A DNA stretch of 64,000 nucleotides from Octopus vulgaris. Taxonomy: Eukaryota. Positions 57,011 to 64,000 of this stretch are shown here, piece after piece. The stretch is taken from assembly GCA_951406725.2 (NCBI GenBank), contig OX597824.1, forward strand, positions 94,426,001-94,490,000, written 5' to 3'. The notes under the pieces are model-generated. The model saw only the letters and a program-made list of their open reading frames with translations. It did not search any database and was not told the DNA's origin. A program made the position numbers and the translations under genes. Positions within the stretch are counted from its first letter, which is position 1. Each line of letters starts with the position of its first letter.

Positions 57011-57788
57011 TCTAAAGACATTAAAAAAATCTTAAAGTTTACGTTTTGGTTTCGTTTTATTTTTCGTTTATTTATCTTTATTTTATTTTTATTTTTATTT
57101 ATATTTTATTTTATTTATTTTTATTTATTTGTGTCTTTAACATTTGATCAAAGGAAAAAAACAAAAAACAAAAAGAAAAGAAAAAGCTGAGCCGTGAACG
57201 GGGCAGACAAGCAGAAAGTCAGAAACAATAATGGTCGACGGAAATGATCCATACAAAGGGGGCAGACGATTTTATATTAAGTAAACAACATCAACAACAG
57301 CCGCAACGACAACAACAACAACAACAACAACACAAGCAACACAAGCGACAACAACAACAGCAACAACAACAACAGTTAAATCTTGTGTAAATTCCGCTTG
57401 TTTAAGATTATTCCCGCTCATGTGAAATGGAAAGAAGAAGAAGAAAAGCGATTTGCAGTTAATTGGATTTTTTTTTTTTGTTCGTTTGCTTTGTTGTTGT
57501 TTTGTTGTTGTTGTTGTTGTTTTGTTGTTGTTCTTCTTGTTGCTGTTGTTGTTGTTTTGTTTGTTCCTGCCAGCTATCCAGGCAACACGGTATACGCAGA
57601 GTTTTGTATGAATGTACAAACATACCCGCCATCGTCGTCCGTGACAATCGTCATTGCCGTGGTCATCATCATCATCATCGTCATCATTCTCGTTGCTGTC
57701 CTCCTCGTTGTCATTGTCATCATCATCATCATCATCATCATTGTCGTCGTCGTAGTCGTCATCGTCGCCGTCGTTGCCGTCATCATCG

Positions 57789-57820
<32 letters not shown>

Positions 57821-58429
57821 ACCATTATCATGATGGTCGTCATCATCATCATCGTTATTTCCATCATTCATTATCATTTATAATTCATTACCATCAAACT
57901 CAATCACTATCATCACCACCATCATCATCATCATCATCATCATTAGCAACATCTCCACCGCCGCCGCCACCATCATCAGCATCATCGTGAACATCATGAT
58001 TTCTTTCATTTATTCCTTCTCTGTTCTAGCATGACTGAGCTGCTCACTCACACACACAGCATACATACATCCATGCATGCATACATGTATGCATGTTAAT
58101 ACGAGCACGCAAAGCAATCTCACATTGCAAAAGACCACCCATACAGTCGCATACACGTTCACAAGCACACACACAAGTGCACATGTGATATCTACACGAA
58201 AATTACCTCCCCTGGTGCGCTTGTACCTATGACACGCCATGTCCTTCTGTGTCACTTCCACTCATTCGACCGTTATTTCCAACATAAACTGAAACAAAGC
58301 AACGCGTGTTTCTTCCTTTCTCCCGTTTTCTTTCCTTCCTGTAACACTTCTTCTCTACAGAACATCTTAACTTTTGCAGAAAAGCTCCAACTCCGAAAAT
58401 TCAAAGCCACATCTTTGGAATATTTCATT

Positions 58430-58832
58430 AGGCGCAGGAGTGGCTGTGTGGTAAGTAGCTTGCTTACCAACCACATGGTTCCGGGTTCAGTCCCACTGCG
58501 TGGCACCTTGGGCAAGTGTCTTCTACTATAGCCTCGGGCCGACCAAAGCCTCATGAGTGGATTTGGTAGACGGAAACTGAAAGAAGCCCGTCGTATGTGT
58601 GTGTGAGTGTGTGTATGTACATATGTTTGTGTGTCTGTGTTTGTCTCCCCAACATCGCCTGACAACCGATGCTGGTGTGTTTACGTCCCAGTAACTTAGC
58701 GGTTCGGCAAAAGAGACCGATAGAATAAGTACTAGGCTTCCAAAGAATAAGTCCTGGGGTCGATTTGCTCGATTAAAGGCGGTGCTCCAGCATGGCCGCA
58801 GTCAAATGACTGAAACAAGTAAAAGAGAGTAA
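58430..58832 (+). mobile_element. SINE family A, full-length reference copy (tRNA head, CORE-like ggcaccttgggcaagtgtc, hairpin tail)
   Basis: A-box tggctgtgtggt, B-box gggttcagtccc; 3' hairpin cagtca-aa-tgactg; short tandem tail. Confidence 0.93.
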
Positions 58833-58969
58833 CCCTTAGACTAATAATTACACTGTATTTTCACTGTCTTTTGTGTTCTTATTTTCACCTTAATTTTGAA
58901 TACGTGTGTGTCATACGTGTGTCATACGTGTGTGTGTGTGTGTGTGTACTGCAGGGTTCGCCACCTGCC

Positions 58970-59093
58970 GAAGCTTCGTGGAATTTTAAATGCTTTCGCT
59001 CAATAAACACTCACAACGCCCGGTCTGGGAATCGAAACCACGATCCTATCAGCGCGAGTTCGCTGCCCTAACCCCTGGGCCATTGCACCTCCA
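58970..59093 (-). mobile_element. tRNA-derived SINE head (same family as 39551)
   Basis: Reverse complement of ggaggtgcaatggcccaggggttagggcagcg...gtttcgattcccagaccgggcgttgtg. Confidence 0.8.
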
Positions 59094-59570
59094 CGAATAC
59101 CCTATACTATGTGACTAATAACAGTCGGATAATTAAAGAAAGAAACTCAATCATTGTAGTTTTTGATCCGTCTCTTAAAATAAAAACGATGTCTAAGTGT
59201 GATTTTATTGGCAATTAAAACCGTAGATAAAAAATGTGATATTTTTGAGGCCTTCACTCATAAATATTTTATACATTTTTAACTCCAAGTTTAATTATTT
59301 TTAAAAGCTATATTTTTAAAAGCTGTCTCATACTTGTTTCAGTCATTAGACTACTGTGGCCATGCTGGTGCACCGTGCTAACTTTTTTTTTCCTTTTTAT
59401 GTCCAATGTTTTTTTCTATTTGGGTCTTTTGCCGGACCTCTAAGTTACAGGGGCGTAAACAAAACAGCACCGGTTGTCAAGTGGTAGATACAAACCCAGA
59501 CGCACACACACAAATATACGTACAATTATTTTTCTGGCCAAAAATTTTTAAAAAAGGTAATTATAGAGAA

Positions 59571-59731
59571 AAGCAGGAGTGGCTGTGTTGTAAGTAGCTT
59601 GCTTACGAACGACATGGTTCCGGGTTCAGTCCCACTGCGTGGCACCTTGGGCAAATGTCTTCTACTATAGCCTCGAGCCGACCAAAGCCTTGTGAGTGGA
59701 TTTGGTAGACGGAAACTGAAAGAAGGCCGTC

Positions 59732-59796
<65 letters not shown>

Positions 59797-60446
59797 AGTT
59801 CCCCCATCATCGATTGACAACCGATGTTGGTGTGTTAGCGGTTCAGCAAAAGAGACCGATAGAATAAGTACTAGGCTTACAAAGAATAAATCCTGGGGTC
59901 GATTTGTTCGACTGAAATCATCATCATCATTGTTCGACCGTGGTCGAGACAATGGAATTTACCATGTTACGCCAGACTTCACGGTCCATCATAGCATTCC
60001 GGAGGTCCTGTTGCTGGATGCCTGTATCCCTGGAGATTACATCAGGGTAGGAGAGTGTGCGCCCTCTGGTGTTGCGAGTAGATGGCTTCCAAAGGAGAAG
60101 AGTAGAAATTACCTCTTTTTCAGCTCTACAACAATGTCCAGCAAACTGGACTCTCCTACCTTTCACAAGAGATGACACAGGTGGTAATTTCCCATATATT
60201 TGCATTTTGGTTGGATGACGCTTCCACGAGAGATTTTGAGCTCTCATAAGGAGGCAAGTGTAGGTTCCATCCAACCGCCTCTCAAACTTCTTTGATAACG
60301 TCCAGGTTTCTGAGCCATATAGTAGAATTGGTTCGACTGTGGCTTTGAAGATTTCAAGTTTGAAGTCTCTACTTAGATTCGACTGAAAAGGCGGTGCTTC
60401 AGCATGGCCGCAGTCAAATGACTGAACAAATAAAAGAATAAAAGAA
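59571..60446 (+). mobile_element. SINE family A interrupted by an RTE insertion
   Basis: SINE sequence resumes exactly after the duplicated ttcgactgaaa. Confidence 0.9.
59918..60377 (-). mobile_element. Young 5'-truncated RTE-clade LINE (460 bp) with open ORF
   Basis: Uninterrupted frame LSRDFKLEIFKATVEPILLYGSETW...FAGHCCR...DREVWRNMV...EQ*; (TGA)n tail; 11-bp TSD at 59907-59917 and 60378-60388. Confidence 0.93.
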
Positions 60447-60548
60447 AATCCGAGAATGATCTTTCAGTTTCAATCTCCAGCTGAAATCACTTCAGTTTCT
60501 TAAGTCCGCTGACATCATGAAGAAAAGAATGAACGTTACAACCTCCTA

Positions 60549-60840
60549 TTAGGTTGTCACGAAAGTTCTTGCAGTTTTTAACCTTTAAATTCAGATGCAC
60601 ATATCTCGGCTCTAACAAAACTTTATTAATCGAAATATACACCATCAGAATCAACACACTTTTGCCAACGCGAAACAAGTTTATTTATGCCAGTAGCGTA
60701 AAGATCCTGCGTTTTTGGTGGCAATGAAGTCGTCGAATGCGTGTTTGGCATCGTCTTGGTTTTTGAAGCATTTCTCACGCAGGAAGTTGTCGAGATGCTT
60801 GAAAAAGTGGCAGTCGGTAGGCGAGAGGTCTGGTGAGTAT
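60549..60840 (-). mobile_element. Mariner transposase 3' remnant with TIR
   Basis: YSPDLSPTDCHFFKHLDNFL...GINKLVSRWQKCVDSDGVYFD*; TA|ttaggttg terminus. Confidence 0.88.
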
Positions 60841-63334
60841 TTTAAAGAAAGTCTGCTCCTGAATATTTTGGGATACTTATGAAATGTGGTAAAATACCGA
60901 AAACAATCCGAGACATTCCGATTTATGCAACAAACACAGCTATTCTGAAAGTTTGACAAATATATAATTAAATGCCGTTTTTTTTTTCTTTAGAAAATTC
61001 GTAATGATAGAGTTTGTAAAATTTAAATTTGAAAAAAATTGTCGAAAATACCGAAAAATCAGAAAAAATGGGTTGGTAAAATGATGAGCTCCAATTGGAA
61101 CTTCACTGCGATACTTGTGTGCTTCCTTCGATACTTTGCAAATTCTAACAAAATTATACTAATTAATATTTATAATAACTGCTATTTTAATCAATGCATG
61201 AGTCTGCTGGGTCAAGCCTATATTTAAAGCAAAAGTACGAAGACAAATTTGAAAGTTTGTCTCATACTGAAAGTTTATAAACTTTATATAATTTTTGTAA
61301 ACCAATCTTTACTTAGAACAAAAGTCAAAATACCAATTATGGAAGATATGAAGAATCGCTTACTTTTACCTTCAAAATAGGAACTCACAAGGGCGGCTTT
61401 TAAGCTAGCTCCTATAGAGGCCTCTTCATTAGACCTTGAGCCCAACAATGACACTTCGTGCATTGAGTACGTATTAAATTTGATTAAACTTGAACAATAT
61501 TTTTCAAGCAATGAACAATTTTCGTCAAAACAATTTATATATATATATATAATTTGCCGACTTGGAACTTATTGCAAAGCTGCATGATAAACAGCAGTAT
61601 CACCACCATCGCCACCACATCTGCCATACACAAACCATTCAGACTTCTGACGGCACTACCACCAATACCTTTGACTTCGCCGCCTTCCCCTCCACCACCA
61701 CCACCACTGTCTTTCACATCACTTACTCTCACCGTTATCCCTGACCACCTCGGCTACCACCGCCACTACCATCATCACTGCCGCCTCTGCCTTTATCACA
61801 ACTACAGCTCATACTGTTACTATCACCCCAATACCATTACAAATTAGCAATTTTTGTTTCTCTATGCTTATATGTTTTTACACCCTTCACTCATATTTGT
61901 GTCTATATTCATCCAATACATTTGAACAAATAGACATACTGGGAATGTTTACTGGCTGATGTCTGTCGATTTTATATCCTCTCTATTTTCTTATTTGCCG
62001 TATAAAACAAGGGTAAACCACTCGTTTACCCCCACCCATCATAGAGATCAGCTGCCCCGCAGATATAAATATATCTATGAAAATCAAAGACAAAGAGAAT
62101 ATCTATGGATAAACGTTTCGAAACTTCCAGCTTCTATATCCAGACTATGAATTCATATTCATACCAGTAATAATTGGAGCACTAGGTTTTGTTAGTAAAT
62201 GCTTAAACCAGAATCTGGATAAACTGAGATTTTCAGAAAGAGAAATCGACCGGCTAATTCATACATTAGTGCAATCTGTGAGTGGAACAGTAAAAATATG
62301 CAAGACTTTTCTCAAGTTCCAAATGTGAATTTCTCTGTGTTAACTACATCCCAAAGATGAACCTTGTGTCTTTGTTTGGAAAAGGGCTCCCTCGTCAGTG
62401 GGAGATATATAATAATTAAAAGAATAGAAGAGACATACATACATGGTGGATGTCTACCCCTTGACCGAGGAAGCGCATCACTGGCCATTGCCCATGCAAA
62501 ATATCAGCAACGCCCTTGCACGAGTTATCACACCCGCTGTCAGCTTCACCCAGGTTCGCATCTGTTGCTTCCATGCTTGTCGCGGAGCCCTCCTACTCGA
62601 TTAGACATCGGAAAGTCACCGAACCAGCAATTGCGCAACCTCAATTTTTAGGCCCAATAAGGCTTGCATGGCACCTCATAGACCATCTTCACCCCATTGG
62701 TATGATCCAAAGGCAAGCCAAGGCCAGATATCCAGCGTCGATATGGGTCTCAGGCTCAGCAATGAGAAGAGAATAAAAATGATATTGTGTGCTCCTCTGC
62801 TTTGAGTGGCAGTTATGTATAAAACTGCCTTATGTAGCAAATATATAAACAGGGCAAATTTAGTTGTTTCTTCATGGACTGAAAAAAACTTATGAACAGC
62901 ATAAATCGATGTTTCTAGTCTTATTGGATTCTCATCAGTGTCTGCATCAATTTAACCAATACCAGAGAAACAAGCAGCCAATCTGTTTATATGCTCATAT
63001 GCATACACACACAGACCTATTGCAACAGCCCTTTTAGATGTATTTTGTGTGACCTCAGTGTATTTATATTCACAAACTTTGCAGGCTTAGTTTTCCATTG
63101 ACCACATATTTTGAGAATAGTAAAAGAAGTCAACAGTCATATTGTTTAGTTTCAGAGCTGTACAGGGAAATGTCATGACATACTGCTTGTTATACACACT
63201 GCATATAGCTGTTTCTCCAATTGGCATGATGCAGTCGATAGAACTGAGCCTAGTACATAACTGGTATCTATTACAATGACTCCAAAAGGATGCAAAGCAG
63301 AAACACTTACCTCTTCAACAGTTGCAAATTCTTT

Positions 63335-63887
63335 TTCTTTCCTACTCTAGGCACAAGGCCCGAAATTTTGGGGGAGGGTGGGGGCAGTCAATTAGATCGA
63401 CCCCAGGACGCAACTGGTACTCAATTCATCAACCCCGAAAGGATGAAAGGTAAAGTCGACCTTGGCGGAATTTTGAACTCAGAACATAAAGACAGATGAA
63501 ATACCTATTTCTTTACTACCCACAAGGGGTTAAACATAGAGGGGACAAACAAGGACAGACAAACGAATTAAGTCGATTATATCGACCCCAGTGCATAACT
63601 GGTACTTATTTAATCGACCCCAAAAGGATGAAAGGCAAAGTCGACCTTAGCGGAATTTGAACTCAGAACGTAACGGCAGACGAAATACCGCTAAGCATTT
63701 CGCCCGGCGTGCTAATGTTTCTGCCAACTTGCCATTTTGACCAGTTTCAAATTTTGGCACAAGGCCAGCAATTTCAGAAGAAAAGATAAGTCAGTTATAT
63801 CGACCCCATCACTTGACTGGTACTTTATCAACCCCCAAAAAAGGGACAAAAGGCAAAGTTGGCCCCAGTGACATTTTGAACTCAGAC
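63335..63887 (-). mobile_element. Three tandem SINE family B units
   Basis: ~63335-63504, 63505-63735 and 63742-63887, each with a different tail. Confidence 0.88.
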
Positions 63888-64000
63888 TGTAATAATAATA
63901 ACAATTCCTTTATTCAGACAAGGATGATGAATGGGGGTACATTACAAAAATGGATGAGAAAACAACAGGGTTTTACATGGAATGAGAGGCAGGGACCTGA

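Noticed and set aside
60990-61530. Decayed hAT transposase (NDELQLELHCDT)
   Set aside because: Similarity too weak, multiple stops, no TIR or TSD
62440-62760. Additional RTE 3' remnant on minus strand (RRAPRQAWKQQ)
   Set aside because: Suggestive only; too degraded to call by eye

Overview
Repeat-saturated animal genomic DNA with no recognisable host protein-coding gene. Almost all ORFs in the track are translations of microsatellites. The SINE repertoire (tRNA-head/CORE-like family 'A', Nin-domain family 'B', tRNA-head family 'C'; labels are mine) and the extreme TA/TAGA/TACA/trinucleotide load suggest a coleoid cephalopod, most likely Octopus (inference). Recognisable elements are about 35 SINE copies, a near-full-length mariner (DD34D) with TIRs and TA TSD, other mariner/maT remnants and MITEs, several RTE LINE 3' ends (one young, with open ORF and 11-bp TSD), a Gypsy protease remnant and Penelope-like (PLE) fragments. 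The main unexplained signal is a dense set of about 10 type I hammerhead-ribozyme motifs from about 6 unrelated short repeat families. These include recurrent non-canonical cores, a tRNA-B-box+hammerhead hybrid, and one hammerhead with a ~27-bp extended helix I and a single G8A core change. There is also a 1.05-kb tandem array built from SINE B-box modules, and several long inverted repeats. All calls were made by eye; coordinates of degraded elements are approximate.
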